Source of the DNA: Acidobacteriota bacterium
GTDB taxonomy: Bacteria; Acidobacteriota; UBA6911
Direction of reading: 5' to 3'
DNA: 64,000 bases
Assembly (NCBI GenBank): GCA_963664705.1
Contig: OY761556.1
Span: 768,001-832,000 of the forward strand
The position numbers and the translations under genes were made by a program. The notes beneath the pieces were generated by a model. That model ran no database searches and was not told the DNA's origin. It was given only the letters and a program-made list of their open reading frames with translations. The first letter of the stretch is position 1, and each line of letters starts with the position of its first letter. Below, piece after piece: positions 1 to 10,197 of the stretch.

Positions 1-1594
1 GTTCCAGCCCCTGTTTTCCCATTGGAGCCATCATGCCCGACGCAATGGAGTTGGCCCAGTAAACGCCTGCGGGCACTTCCGAATTCTTGGACAGCCACTC
101 GGAGAATGCCTCTTTGGTTTGAAAGCCCTGCGCGGTCTTAAGCAGCTTGGCGACCGACGGGTCCATAATAAGCGTTGCGGCTCCCGTTGCCGCGAGTACG
201 CGCGTGAAATCGCGCATCAATAATTGTGGCGGATAATGCTCCACGACGGACCCCGAGCAATTCACGAAGTTCCATCCCGAGAACATGGAGAGAACGCTTT
301 CCTCCGCTTTGTGCCCCATCTGTACATGAATGGGTTTCCAGCCCTCCGGCAGAGCCTCCTCATTTTCCGCGATGGTCACATTGTTGTAGCGCAGTGGATT
401 ACTCAGGGAAGAGAATCCGGTTATGCCCTCGATGTAACCCTGCAGAGCGCTATGCATCAGGGTCATCGCTCGACCAATGACAGAATTAGCTTCGGCATTC
501 GGCCCCAGGGCGCCCTCTCCCGAGTTCATTCCGATTTGTTTGCGAATCGGTCCGTTGATCAGCACCATGCTTGCATTGGATGTGGTGGAATCCATGAAGG
601 GAACCTGGGTAGACAAGGCCAGCAATACAGGCATGTATTCAGGCTTTGCCCCAGCCATTACACCGATGATTGCTACTTTTTCAACTGTAAATGGACGGAT
701 AGTTCCAAAGACGCCGGCGTCTTTCTTGATCAGTTCATCCGGCTTGTGGCTGGTGCCTTTGAGCATTGCCTTCACTCTCTCTTCGGTTGGGAGAATGACA
801 GGATTGTAGTCCGTCCAGCCTTTATCCTTGAACAGCCGCTGCAGATTGTCTTCCGTGTCCGGAGGCAAAAATCTGGGTTCGGGGGCTGACTCGGAAGGAA
901 GCCCGGTTTTCTTTTCCTCGGCGGTCAAGGGCCTGGTCAGATTGTCGACAATCGCCTGCATCAAGGGTTTGCCGCTGACTTTGTCTCTGCCGTCGAGATA
1001 GGATTTCAGGCTGTCTTTACTGAGGCCAGTAAAAGGATACGGTACGCCAACCCAGCGGAGCGGCATGCCGGAGTTGTATTTGAAATAGGCGTTCATGCCA
1101 TAGTTCACGACGTTTTCGTTCGCGAGCGGTACGGTGGGAATGCCATATTGTTTTTCCAGGGTCTGAGAGAAACGGCTCACGGCCGATAGGCATCCCCATC
1201 AGCCAGCCACGCCGATGATGGCGGCGCTGCCCTTATTGGCGCCGATCTCCTTCCACAAGGCCGGATCATCCGCAACGTAATTGCCGCTTTTCAGCTTGAG
1301 AATGGTCTTTACGCCAGGCTTGTTCTTTGCAAACCAGGCCTGCATTTCCTCCAGCACCGGAAGGCGGCCGAATCCTTCGTAGTTCGTGTCCACAATATAA
1401 ACGGTTTTGCCTTCAAGCGCGTCAAGCCGTGGAGCCAGGGGAATTCGCTCGGCAAGTTTGTCTGTGAGACCAGGACTCATAACCGTTATTTTTTCCTTGG
1501 ACGCGTCACCTGCGGCATGAGATGGTCCGATGCTGCATAGTACCAGGCCCGCGATCGCCAGCAGGCTATACAACAAGAGCGGCGTTCTTTTCAT
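1..1594 (-). CDS. Exported UGSC-family selenoprotein (Sec at codon 132, UWGC motif); 3' end runs off the window
   Basis: GGAGG RBS before ATG 1594 and a signal peptide. The in-frame TGA at 1199-1201 reads GVAG-U-WGC, and the frame stays open for 399 more codons, including GWTDYNPVILPTEERVKAML and TVEKVAIIGVMAGAKPEY. The ORF track stops at the TGA. Confidence 0.8.
1163..1198 (-). promoter_or_regulatory. Putative bacterial SECIS hairpin
   Basis: 13 nt after the UGA lies stem CGGC/GCCG with loop CGUGA (G at loop position 2). A weak lower stem is possible. Confidence 0.5.
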
Positions 1595-1716
1595 TTTTCC
1601 TCCACTGAGATGACCGTTGGCGGCCATGTCCACAGTCGTTGCCATACAAGAAAAGCATTGATTAGGAAATTGAGGCTATTGTAACGAAAACGGGAATTAT
1701 GCGATAGCAAAGATCG

Positions 1717-2244
1717 CTATCGGGCAATTTCCTGCGGTTTGCCAAGACGGAGGATGTTGGTGTCCCAGACACAGCCTCCAGCACAATTCCAGCCGTAATA
1801 CCACAGATACACCTGACTTCGCGTGCGCGAATATGGGGCGATCACAATGCCGCTGTATTTTTCCGCAACATCCTCCCACATAATGTAATTCGAGAATTGT
1901 TTCTGAATTTCGCTGAAGAGGTCGCGCCCATAGCTTTGTGCAAACGAGTCCATTTCCTCCGGGCTCTGGAGAAACTGGATGCGGCCGGATAAATTTTGTC
2001 CATAAGCGCCGGTAAATGCATCAATATCCGTGGGATTCCGGAGGTAAAGTATCCGTGATCCATCCACGATGGTGACCGTGTGCCGGTAACGGAAAGTCTC
2101 AGGACGGAACTCCGCGATCGCACACCAGCGTTTCCACCCGCCATTCACGTCAAACCAAAAGCCATTCGGCTTTGGTTGACCACTTTGTGGATAGCTCATT
2201 TCCTGCAGGGTAACGGGTTCTGCTGACCAGTGATAGTATGCCAT
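1717..2244 (-). CDS. Hypothetical Trp-rich protein, possibly ADP-ribosyltransferase-like fold
   Basis: 175 aa with RBS GAGGA; motifs YYH, KPNGFW, WKRWC, WEDVAEKYSGI, WYYGWNCAGGCVWD. Confidence 0.65.
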   Translation of the reverse strand: MAYYHWSAEPVTLQEMSYPQSGQPKPNGFWFDVNGGWKRWCAIAEFRPETFRYRHTVTIVDGSRILYLRNPTDIDAFTGAYGQNLSGRIQFLQSPEEMDSFAQSYGRDLFSEIQKQFSNYIMWEDVAEKYSGIVIAPYSRTRSQVYLWYYGWNCAGGCVWDTNILRLGKPQEIAR

Positions 2245-2325
2245 TTGCTATGATTCCTCGTTTAGGCGTGCGGCTCCACTTTACCTTGAAGGCGCAAAGA
2301 CTCCAAGTTGCAGATTCGATTCCGC

Positions 2326-2353
2326 TAAAGAAGACCGTAAACTCCTCCGATAA
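2326..2353 (+). promoter_or_regulatory. Putative sigma28 (FliA/SigD) promoter
   Basis: TAAA-N16-TCCGATAA resembles TAAA-N15/16-GCCGATAA and points at a chemoreceptor gene. Confidence 0.55.
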
Positions 2354-2459
2354 TAGGGCATGGAGTAAGAAGGCTTGCTATTTTACTCAATAGATTAGTT
2401 GATTCCTTTAGATAAGCAGACTGATGTCTTAGCGGGTAGATAACCAGGTCTACAAGTTG

Positions 2460-2510
2460 AAGGCGCAGCGGGCACGAGAAGTGAATGGTGCCTGCTGCGC
2501 CTTTTTTATT
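2460..2510 (+). terminator. Intrinsic terminator within the MCP upstream region
   Basis: AAGGCGCAGCGGGCAC / GTGCCTGCTGCGCCTT 16-bp stem followed by a T tract. Confidence 0.75.
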
Positions 2511-2805
2511 TCTCAGAAGCCGGAGGAGACAAAGAAATAATCCGCCCTCAAAAAGGCTGCGGGAGTACCGGAATCGGTTGATCTCGACAGCCAGTTGGGG
2601 GGACAGGTTCTCCTATGCTAGTGATTGCTCCGCTCCCTGTTCCTGTTGCACATACGAGCCACCTCATCGAAGTTGACTGCGGCAGCCTGAATTTCCTGGA
2701 GAATTTCAATAGTCCGTTATCAATGCCTGGAGGGCAACAACTTGGTTTCGTTGCAAAGAAGCCTGATCAACAGATCTTTTTTCGGACCAATCGAGGGAGG
2801 TCGAG

Positions 2806-4995
2806 ATGAAGTGGTTCTATAACATGAACATTGCTACGAAGCTGACGTTTTTTTCGCTTGCAATGGTATTGGTGGCGGGAGTGGTCGGTTATGTGGGGAT
2901 TACGGAACTGGGCAATCTCAGTCAGGCCGACCTGGCCATGTACAGAATTAACGTAGTGCCTCTCGGGCAGGTTGCCCAGGCATCGAAAAACTATCAGATG
3001 CTTCGCGTTGGTGTGCGCGATGCCATGCTGGCGGAAAACAAGGAATCGAAAGAGCAGGCCTATGGGACGGTTAACGAAAAGATAAAACAGTTGATGGGCT
3101 TCATCAAAGATTATGAAAGCATCATTGCCTCGAAGGAAGAAAGAGATGTCTACGATACCTTCAAATCGAGTGTCCAAAAGTATGCGGAGGACTTCGAGGT
3201 CTTTCGGAAACTTCTGGATGCAAAGCAAAAGAATGATGCCTTGAAGTACATGCATGGCCCCTTCCTTGTCGTTGCCAAGGAAGGGCTGGCGGCGATGGAT
3301 CAACTGGTCAAATTCAACACCGAACAGGCCCGGGCAAGTTCGGACAATAACCTGGCGCTGGCGAGTTCGGCTCGGAACGTGATGCTGGTTATTCTGGGCG
3401 TCACCGCTTTCATGGGCATAGGGCTTGGGCTGTGGATCTCCCGCCTCATTTCCAACCCGATCAAGCAGGTGGCAGAGCGTGCGGAAAGACTTCAATCGGT
3501 CTGCATTGCCAACCTTGGCAAAGCCAGTGAAGCGATGGCGCACGGTATTCTTGATGTTACGGTGGAGACAGATACCGAACTGCTGCAGATAGAGAGCAAG
3601 GATGAAGTGGGTAAGCTGGCGAGAAGCGTCAACGGGATCATCAGCCAGACTCAGTCGACTATTGGTTCATTTGAGGCGGCAATGGCTAACCTCCGGCACG
3701 TAACCGACGAGATCAATGGCATGATCCGGAGTGCTCAGGCCGGCGACCTTTCGAATCGCGGCAAGGCAGATCAGTTTGAAGGAGGCTATCGGCAGATGGT
3801 GTTCGGATTCAACGCCACGCTGGATGCCGTCGTCGGACCGCTGCAGATGGCTTCCACCTATATCGATCGCATCAGCAAAGGCGACATCCCGTCGAATATC
3901 ACCGAACACTACAATGGTGATTTCAACGCGATCAAGAACAGCCTGAACCTTTGCATCGATACACTCCGAGCTCTTATCGAGGAGGACGGCGGAGCGGCGC
4001 TGCTGGCTGCGGCCAACAAAGATCTGACGGCCCGCGCCAAACGCCAATACCAGGGTGCTTTTGAGAAAATGAGAAATAACATCAATACCCTGATTGGAAA
4101 TCTCGATGACGCCCTTGTTCAGGTAACGCTTGCCGCCGAACAGGTTGCATCCGCATCGGGACAGATTTCTTCCGGAAGCCAGACCCTGTCGCAGGGTTCC
4201 TCGGAGCAGGCGAGCTCGCTCGAGGAAGTGACCAGCTGCATTCAGGAAATGGCATCAATGGCCAGGAGAAATGCCGAGAATGCGAAGGAAGCGCGAAGCC
4301 TCTCTGAAGGCGCGCTGTCGACGGCGGACCGCGGCGTTGAAAGCATGAAGCGGCTCTCCGCGGCAATCAACCGTATCAAGGCATCGTCCGATTCGACCGC
4401 AAAGATCGTCAAGACAATTGACGAGATTGCTTTCCAGACCAATCTGCTTGCCCTCAATGCGGCGGTTGAGGCCGCCCGCGCCGGAGATGCCGGGAAAGGG
4501 TTTGCTGTCGTTGCCGAGGAAGTCCGCAACCTTGCCATGCGCAGCGCGGAGGCAGCCAAGAACACAGCCAACATGATCGAGGAATCCGTCAAGAATGCGG
4601 AGGGTGGTGTTTCCATCAACCAGGAAGTTTTAAATAATCTTACCGAGATCAACACTCAGGTGAATAAAGTCAGCGCCGTGATGGCTGAAATAGCCGCTGC
4701 ATCCGATCAGCAAAGCCAGGGCGTTGAGCAGGTCAATACTGCGTTTGAGCAAATGAATCAGGTAACACAGCAGATGGCAGCCAATGCTGAGGAATCGGCA
4801 AGCGCTTCGGAGGAACTGTCGGGACAGGCCGAAGAGATGAAGGGGATGGTTGGGGCTTTCCGTTTGACCAATGTTTCGGGAAAAGCGGTTCGGACCAATC
4901 GTCAGGCTCCCAGGCAGACGGCAGACCTGGCTCCGGGACTCAAAAAGCCTTTTGAGGCTCCAGGTTTTGCTTCGAACAGTTCCGCCGGTTGGTAG
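2806..4995 (+). CDS. Methyl-accepting chemotaxis protein (4HB sensor, multiple HAMP domains)
   Basis: Two TM helices, HAMP repeats, signalling tip [37 protein letters not shown]; RBS GGGAGG. Confidence 0.95.
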   Translation: MKWFYNMNIATKLTFFSLAMVLVAGVVGYVGITELGNLSQADLAMYRINVVPLGQVAQASKNYQMLRVGVRDAMLAENKESKEQAYGTVNEKIKQLMGFIKDYESIIASKEERDVYDTFKSSVQKYAEDFEVFRKLLDAKQKNDALKYMHGPFLVVAKEGLAAMDQLVKFNTEQARASSDNNLALASSARNVMLVILGVTAFMGIGLGLWISRLISNPIKQVAERAERLQSVCIANLGKASEAMAHGILDVTVETDTELLQIESKDEVGKLARSVNGIISQTQSTIGSFEAAMANLRHVTDEINGMIRSAQAGDLSNRGKADQFEGGYRQMVFGFNATLDAVVGPLQMASTYIDRISKGDIPSNITEHYNGDFNAIKNSLNLCIDTLRALIEEDGGAALLAAANKDLTARAKRQYQGAFEKMRNNINTLIGNLDDALVQVTLAAEQVASASGQISSGSQTLSQGSSEQASSLEEVTSCIQEMASMARRNAENAKEARSLSEGALSTADRGVESMKRLSAAINRIKASSDSTAKIVKTIDEIAFQTNLLALNAAVEAARAGDAGKGFAVVAEEVRNLAMRSAEAAKNTANMIEESVKNAEGGVSINQEVLNNLTEINTQVNKVSAVMAEIAAASDQQSQGVEQVNTAFEQMNQVTQQMAANAEESASASEELSGQAEEMKGMVGAFRLTNVSGKAVRTNRQAPRQTADLAPGLKKPFEAPGFASNSSAGW

Positions 4996-5010
4996 CGTGA
5001 GCCGGCCGTA

Positions 5011-5065
5011 GCCTCAAAGATGCAGAGACATGGATGGATCGTTTGGGTCTTTGCATCTTTGAGGC
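5011..5065 (+). terminator. Long hairpin after the MCP gene
   Basis: GCCTCAAAGATGCAGAGAC ... GTCTTTGCATCTTTGAGGC, a 19-bp stem with one G-U pair and no T tract. Confidence 0.55.
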
Positions 5066-5184
5066 GTAGGACCTTCGTAAAGCCGCAATTTTCCCACCTG
5101 ATGTCGAAACCGACTTTCCAGATTTGAATGGACGAAGTTTCAAAATATTGATAGCTTTAGCCCTGAATTGTAGGGGGCGGAAGC

Positions 5185-7119
5185 ATGCGCGGAGGGAATG
5201 GATCTGGCGAGAATATCGGATCAGGATCTTCTTTGAACCGGGTGAAATCGTCTATCGTTGCAGGTCTGGCAAACCTGACGTGGAAAGCCTTCCAGGCGAT
5301 CAACACACTTGTACCGGAAGGAGAACTCCCGCAGCCTTCCTGGGCTCCCGACAAGATATCCAAGAGCAGGGAACGCTCGAAACCGCCCCTGGGTTTTCCC
5401 AGGGAGACAGACTCGCTTTGCCCCGTTTGCGTTCCGGAGATCAGGAAACAGATCGTTTCCGGCGAGGCGAATCTCGATGTCCTCATCAAAAGCCATCCTG
5501 GCGAAATCAAGGCGCAGCTTGTGGAGGAAAACGGCCGGATCTTAATCCGGAAGGTTTGTGATAAACACGGGCCGTTCGAAGATGTCCTGTCCACAAATCC
5601 TGCCTTTACGCGGCGCGTTGAAGATCTGTTTTTCGGTCGCGATTTTCAGACCGTCCAGGATGAGAATTTGCATCGGCACGGCGCCTCTTCCATTCTCTAT
5701 GGTCGGGGAACTGTTCTGACTGTTGACCTGACCAACCGTTGCAACATGATGTGCAACCCCTGCTTCACGGATGCAAATCAAGTCGGGTATGTGTGCGAAC
5801 CGAGCCTGGAAGAAATAAAGGCGGTGCTCGACCGGGCGGTTTCCTTCAAGCCGCGCAGGCAGATCATCATACTGTTCTCAGGCGGAGAACCTACACTTTC
5901 GCCTCATTTTCTTGAAGCGGTTGCCTACGCCAAAAAGATTGGTTTTTATCGAATCCTGGCGGCGACCAACGGCATCCGGTTTGCCCAAAGTGAGGAATTC
6001 ACGCGCCAGGCAAGGGATGCCGGGCTGCACGGCACGTACCTGCAGTTTGACGGAATCAGCAACGAAAAGAACCAGCATCGGGGTGTGAAGAACCTGTTCG
6101 ATGTGAAGGTTCAGGCGATTGAAAACATGGCCAGGGTCGGCATGAAGACGACACTGGTTACCACTGTTGTCAACACGGTGAACCAGGAGGAAACCGGTCG
6201 AATTGTCGATTTTGCCCTGAACAACGTGGATAAGGTGCAGACAGCGGTTTTTCAACCGATTTCCTTCACCGGGCGGGACGAGTCCATCGATGACGCCTCG
6301 CGGAATAGACAGCGATACACGCTGTCTCAACTGGTTGAAGATCTAAAACGGCAGTTGCGCGGGAAAGTGGAGCCCATGCGCGACTGGTTTCCACTCTCAA
6401 CCTACAGTGCGTTTACCAGCATTATGGACATTCTCCAGGGACCGGCTGCCTCCTGGGGGTGGAGTGCCTGCAACTGTCATCCCGATTGCGGCGTCTTTAC
6501 TCTGCTGGTGGTCCATCGGCAAACGCGCGAATGGATTCCTTTGTTCAAGTTCTTCGACTATGAGCAATTTATTCGTGATGTGAAGATCATCACGGACACG
6601 GCAAGAGGAAAAACGCTCACCGAGGCACAGCTGGCATTGGCTATTTTGAGAAACTTCCGTGCAGATCAGGCCCCCAAGGGATTTCCAATCTCCCAGGTCG
6701 TCAAGCTGTTCCGGCCTAATTCCGAAAAAGCAGACAGCGATCGAAATGACCGCATGAAAACGCGCTCATTTGAAGATGAGTGGCGCGTTTTGTGTGTCGA
6801 GGGGATGTGGTTCCAGGATCTGTGGACGTATGATTTTCGAAGAACCGAGATGTGCGTCATCCCCTATGGCACGCAGGAAGGGGAGATTTCCTTTTGTGCT
6901 TATAATACCGGAATCGGCTGGCGCCAGATCGTGGAGACGCGACATCAGACCGCACACCTCTCGGATTGGTATAAGGAAAAGGGAAAGCACGAAATCTATG
7001 CAAAGGGAAGAGAAGTAGAGCTGAAAACCACCCGGCACGACCTTATCCTTCCCGTCCTTCAAAATGAAGAGATAGGTGTTTCGAAAGAACGATCGACGGC
7101 ATCGGTTAAGTCAAAGTAA
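5185..7119 (+). CDS. tes: Radical SAM protein, tetraether lipid synthase (Tes/MJ0619)-like
   Basis: N-terminal CPVC...CDKH metal site, DLTNRCNMMCNPCF SAM motif, SGGEPT, YLQFDG, CHPDCG, GMWFQD, CVIPY..ISFCAYN. Confidence 0.8.
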   Translation: MRGGNGSGENIGSGSSLNRVKSSIVAGLANLTWKAFQAINTLVPEGELPQPSWAPDKISKSRERSKPPLGFPRETDSLCPVCVPEIRKQIVSGEANLDVLIKSHPGEIKAQLVEENGRILIRKVCDKHGPFEDVLSTNPAFTRRVEDLFFGRDFQTVQDENLHRHGASSILYGRGTVLTVDLTNRCNMMCNPCFTDANQVGYVCEPSLEEIKAVLDRAVSFKPRRQIIILFSGGEPTLSPHFLEAVAYAKKIGFYRILAATNGIRFAQSEEFTRQARDAGLHGTYLQFDGISNEKNQHRGVKNLFDVKVQAIENMARVGMKTTLVTTVVNTVNQEETGRIVDFALNNVDKVQTAVFQPISFTGRDESIDDASRNRQRYTLSQLVEDLKRQLRGKVEPMRDWFPLSTYSAFTSIMDILQGPAASWGWSACNCHPDCGVFTLLVVHRQTREWIPLFKFFDYEQFIRDVKIITDTARGKTLTEAQLALAILRNFRADQAPKGFPISQVVKLFRPNSEKADSDRNDRMKTRSFEDEWRVLCVEGMWFQDLWTYDFRRTEMCVIPYGTQEGEISFCAYNTGIGWRQIVETRHQTAHLSDWYKEKGKHEIYAKGREVELKTTRHDLILPVLQNEEIGVSKERSTASVKSK

Positions 7120-7198
7120 TTCCATACCTGCGGTCTCTGTCGCGCATTACAAGGGGCGAACCGGGGACCGGGGCATGCGCGTTATCACATCCAGAGCT

Positions 7199-8248
7199 AT
7201 GGCCTATACGATTGGACAGATTGCCGCCCTGTTGGGTTTGGAATATAGCGGTGATGGAGACCGTTTGCTGACAAAAGTTGCCAGACTCGAGACCGCCGAT
7301 GAGTCCTCGCTGGTTTTTGTGCAGGCGGGCGAGTCGGAACGGACTCTCTCGGATGGACCCATCCCCGGCTGCGTCATTATTTCAAAATCTGCCGCGCCCT
7401 GCGGGATGAATGCAATCTACTCGGACAATCCCAAGCTCGATTTTTCGCGGGCTGCAGCGCAACTTCACCCTCGGCCGGTCAGTCGAGGGACCCGGCACGC
7501 AACCGCCGAGATTCATCCGGATGCCTCCGTGGGCGCCAATGTGGAAATCGGTCCCTTTGTCGTCGTGGAAGCCGGGGCACGAATCGGCGATGGCACCATC
7601 CTGCATGCACGCGCGGTTGTCGGCGAGGGGTGTATTCTCGGGAGCGATTGTATATTGCATCCGGGGGTTATGCTTTATCCCCGCGTTCATATGGGGAATC
7701 GGGTGATTCTACATTCCGGCGTTGTGGTTGGAGCCGATGGTTTCGGATATGTTCCAGACCGCGAATCCTATTGGAAGTTTCCCCAGGTCGGATCGGTGAT
7801 CATCGACGATGATGTTGAGGTCGGGTGCAATTCGACCATCGACCGCGGTTCGTTGGGAACAACGCGCATTGGAGCCGGAACCAAGATCGATAACCTGGTG
7901 CAGATCGCGCACAATGTCGAGATCGGCAGACATGTTGTTATTGCTGCGCAGACCGGTATTTCCGGCAGCACGGTCATCGAGGATCGTGCCGTCATCGGCG
8001 GGCAGGTCGGTTTTGGGGACCATGCACGCGTACAGACGGGAGCCGTGATTGGGTCCAAGGCCGGCGTACTTCCTGGAAAAATTGTGCGCAGCGGAGATGT
8101 CTATTGGGGTGTTCCCGTGCGCCCTTTGCGCGAATATAAGCGACTGAATGCACTGTTCGGGCGGCTTCCCGAAATGAAGGCGGAAATTGATGCGCTGAAG
8201 AAGGAAATTGCCGTCCTGCAGTCATCGATCAAGAAGAATGAGGAATAG
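7199..8248 (+). CDS. lpxD: UDP-3-O-acylglucosamine N-acyltransferase
   Basis: Hexapeptide repeats, GADGFGY, TIDRG, TKIDNLVQIAHN. Start uncertain (7175 or 7199). Confidence 0.93.
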   Translation: MAYTIGQIAALLGLEYSGDGDRLLTKVARLETADESSLVFVQAGESERTLSDGPIPGCVIISKSAAPCGMNAIYSDNPKLDFSRAAAQLHPRPVSRGTRHATAEIHPDASVGANVEIGPFVVVEAGARIGDGTILHARAVVGEGCILGSDCILHPGVMLYPRVHMGNRVILHSGVVVGADGFGYVPDRESYWKFPQVGSVIIDDDVEVGCNSTIDRGSLGTTRIGAGTKIDNLVQIAHNVEIGRHVVIAAQTGISGSTVIEDRAVIGGQVGFGDHARVQTGAVIGSKAGVLPGKIVRSGDVYWGVPVRPLREYKRLNALFGRLPEMKAEIDALKKEIAVLQSSIKKNEE

Positions 8249-8283
8249 CTGCCAGGGGTTATAAGTTCCGGATTATGCGTGAG

Positions 8284-8332
8284 AACCTGTAACCTGAGAT
8301 ATGAACCCTGCAACCTGTGGCCTGTAACTGAT
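8284..8332. repeat. Degenerate heptamer array (AACCTGT)
   Basis: AACCTGT AACCTGA GATATGA ACCCTGC AACCTGT GGCCTGT, period 7, intergenic. Confidence 0.6.
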
Positions 8333-8336
8333 CCGC

Positions 8337-9347
8337 ATGCCTTTTATTGAAGTCAATAATCTGAGAAAAGAATTCCGGGTTTTCAAGCACCGGGAAGGGG
8401 TTTGGGGCGCCTTCAAGGATCTGTTTCACCGGGAATACAAGAGCCTGTCTGCCGTGGATGGAATCAGCTTTTCCATCGAGAAGGGAGAATTTGTCGGCTA
8501 TATCGGCCCGAATGGCGCCGGAAAATCCACAACGATCAAGATGCTGACCGGGATTCTGATGCCGACATCGGGGGATATAGTTGCCAACGACTACCGGCCC
8601 TATGCGGATCGGACGCGGTATACAAAGAAGATCGGCGTCGTATTTGGTCAGCGCACTCAGCTTTGGTGGGATATTGCGGTGGTGGAGAGTTTTAAACTGC
8701 TGCGCAGAATTTATGATGTTCCGGAGTCGGATTATCGCCATCGGCTGGAGTTCTTCTGTGATCTCCTTGGGCTCGATGAGTTTCTCCACTCTCCGGTGCG
8801 CAAGCTGAGCCTGGGTCAGCGAATGCGTTGCGAAATGGCTGCGGCGCTTCTGCACAATCCGCCCATCGTATTCCTGGATGAGCCGACCATTGGCCTTGAC
8901 CTGATTGCCAAAGACCGGATCCGCCAATTCCTCAAGAATATCAACCGAGAATTGAGTACGACGATTTTATTGACCACTCACGATCTATCGGACATCGAGG
9001 AGCTGTGTCGGCGCGTCATTATCATTGATAAGGGAAAGCTCCTTTATGACGGTTCGTTGGACGAGTTGAGGCATCGTCTTGGAAGGTACAACTCCATCAA
9101 CATCCATCTGGATGACCGGAAACACCGATCCAAACTGGATGCGGTGCTCTGCAGCGGAAACGGACTGCAATGGGAACATGCGGATGAACTCAGCTACCGC
9201 GTCCGGTTTGACAGGGAACAGGTGTCCACCGCGGAGATCATCCGGAAGATCGTCAACGAAGTGCCGATCCACGATATCTATATTGAAGCGGAACCGATAG
9301 AAGACATCATTAAGACGATCTATAGTCGCGGCCTGTCGGAGTCCTGA
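8337..9347 (+). CDS. ABC-2 type transporter ATP-binding protein
   Basis: Walker A GPNGAGKST, LSLGQRMR signature, FLDEPTIGLD. Confidence 0.95.
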   Translation: MPFIEVNNLRKEFRVFKHREGVWGAFKDLFHREYKSLSAVDGISFSIEKGEFVGYIGPNGAGKSTTIKMLTGILMPTSGDIVANDYRPYADRTRYTKKIGVVFGQRTQLWWDIAVVESFKLLRRIYDVPESDYRHRLEFFCDLLGLDEFLHSPVRKLSLGQRMRCEMAAALLHNPPIVFLDEPTIGLDLIAKDRIRQFLKNINRELSTTILLTTHDLSDIEELCRRVIIIDKGKLLYDGSLDELRHRLGRYNSINIHLDDRKHRSKLDAVLCSGNGLQWEHADELSYRVRFDREQVSTAEIIRKIVNEVPIHDIYIEAEPIEDIIKTIYSRGLSES

Positions 9348-9356
9348 CGCAATGGT

Positions 9357-10196
9357 ATGACCCAATTATTGAGATTCGCGGCAAGAGCAAGGTTTATGAA
9401 TCGGCTGCCAATTTACTTTGAATTTGCCCGGATGTCTTTTCTCAAGATTCTTGCCTACCGCCTCCGCTATTTCACCGGCATTGTCGGCTACTTCATCAAT
9501 GTTTCCGTTTACTATTTCATCTGGAAGGCAATTTATGGAGCGAGCACAAATGTGGCCGGATACAATCTGCCGGAGATGACAACGTATGTTGCGATCGGCT
9601 GGATCATTCGCTCCTTTTATTTCAATAATGTGGATCGCGAGATTGCCATGGAGGTGTCGGAAGGCAAGATCGCCATTAATCTGATCAAGCCGGTGGATCC
9701 GCAGTTGATGTACGTAGCCCAGACGGCGGGCGAGGCGTGCTTCCGCGCCCTGCTGTTCACACTGCCGATTGCTGTTGTTCTGATGCTTGTCTATCCGATC
9801 GGATTGCCCGCCTCCGCTTCTCTGGGCTTGCTTTTTGTCCTGAGCTGTTTGCTGGCATTGCTGATTTTTACTCTGCTGAATTTTATCGTCGGCACACTCG
9901 CTCTTCACATCGTTTCGATCCTGGGCGTAATCCGAGCAAAGTATGCGATCGTGGAATTTTTTTCCGGATTGCTGATTCCGATTTCCTTCTTTCCTGCCGG
10001 GCTTCAGCGCTTCATGGCATTCCTTCCCTTTCCACACGTGAGCTTTACTCCTTTGCAGATTTATCTCGGAAAAGTCCATGGTGCGGCGGTATGGGAAGCG
10101 CTTGGTATCCAAGGCTTGTGGGTCTTGGTCCTATTCGTGACCGGCCGAATTTTCTGGAAATTCTCAACCCGCAAGCTTTCGGTACAAGGAGGATAA
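9357..10196 (+). CDS. ABC-2 family permease (DUF990-like)
   Basis: About 6 TM segments ending SVQGG; follows the ATPase. Confidence 0.88.
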   Translation: MTQLLRFAARARFMNRLPIYFEFARMSFLKILAYRLRYFTGIVGYFINVSVYYFIWKAIYGASTNVAGYNLPEMTTYVAIGWIIRSFYFNNVDREIAMEVSEGKIAINLIKPVDPQLMYVAQTAGEACFRALLFTLPIAVVLMLVYPIGLPASASLGLLFVLSCLLALLIFTLLNFIVGTLALHIVSILGVIRAKYAIVEFFSGLLIPISFFPAGLQRFMAFLPFPHVSFTPLQIYLGKVHGAAVWEALGIQGLWVLVLFVTGRIFWKFSTRKLSVQGG

Positions 10197-10197
10197 C

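Noticed and set aside
224-889. 221-aa + strand ORF and nested ORFs
   Set aside because: Antisense shadow of the selenoprotein C-terminal region; no recognisable motifs.
1199-1645. 148-aa stand-alone protein as given in the ORF track
   Set aside because: Better explained as the N-terminus of a TGA read-through protein starting at 1594.
2280-2620. c-di-GMP-I riboswitch upstream of the MCP
   Set aside because: Fragments GGCGCAAAG and CAGCCAGTTG are about 290 nt apart, and the GGCAAAC/GNRA P2 stem is missing.
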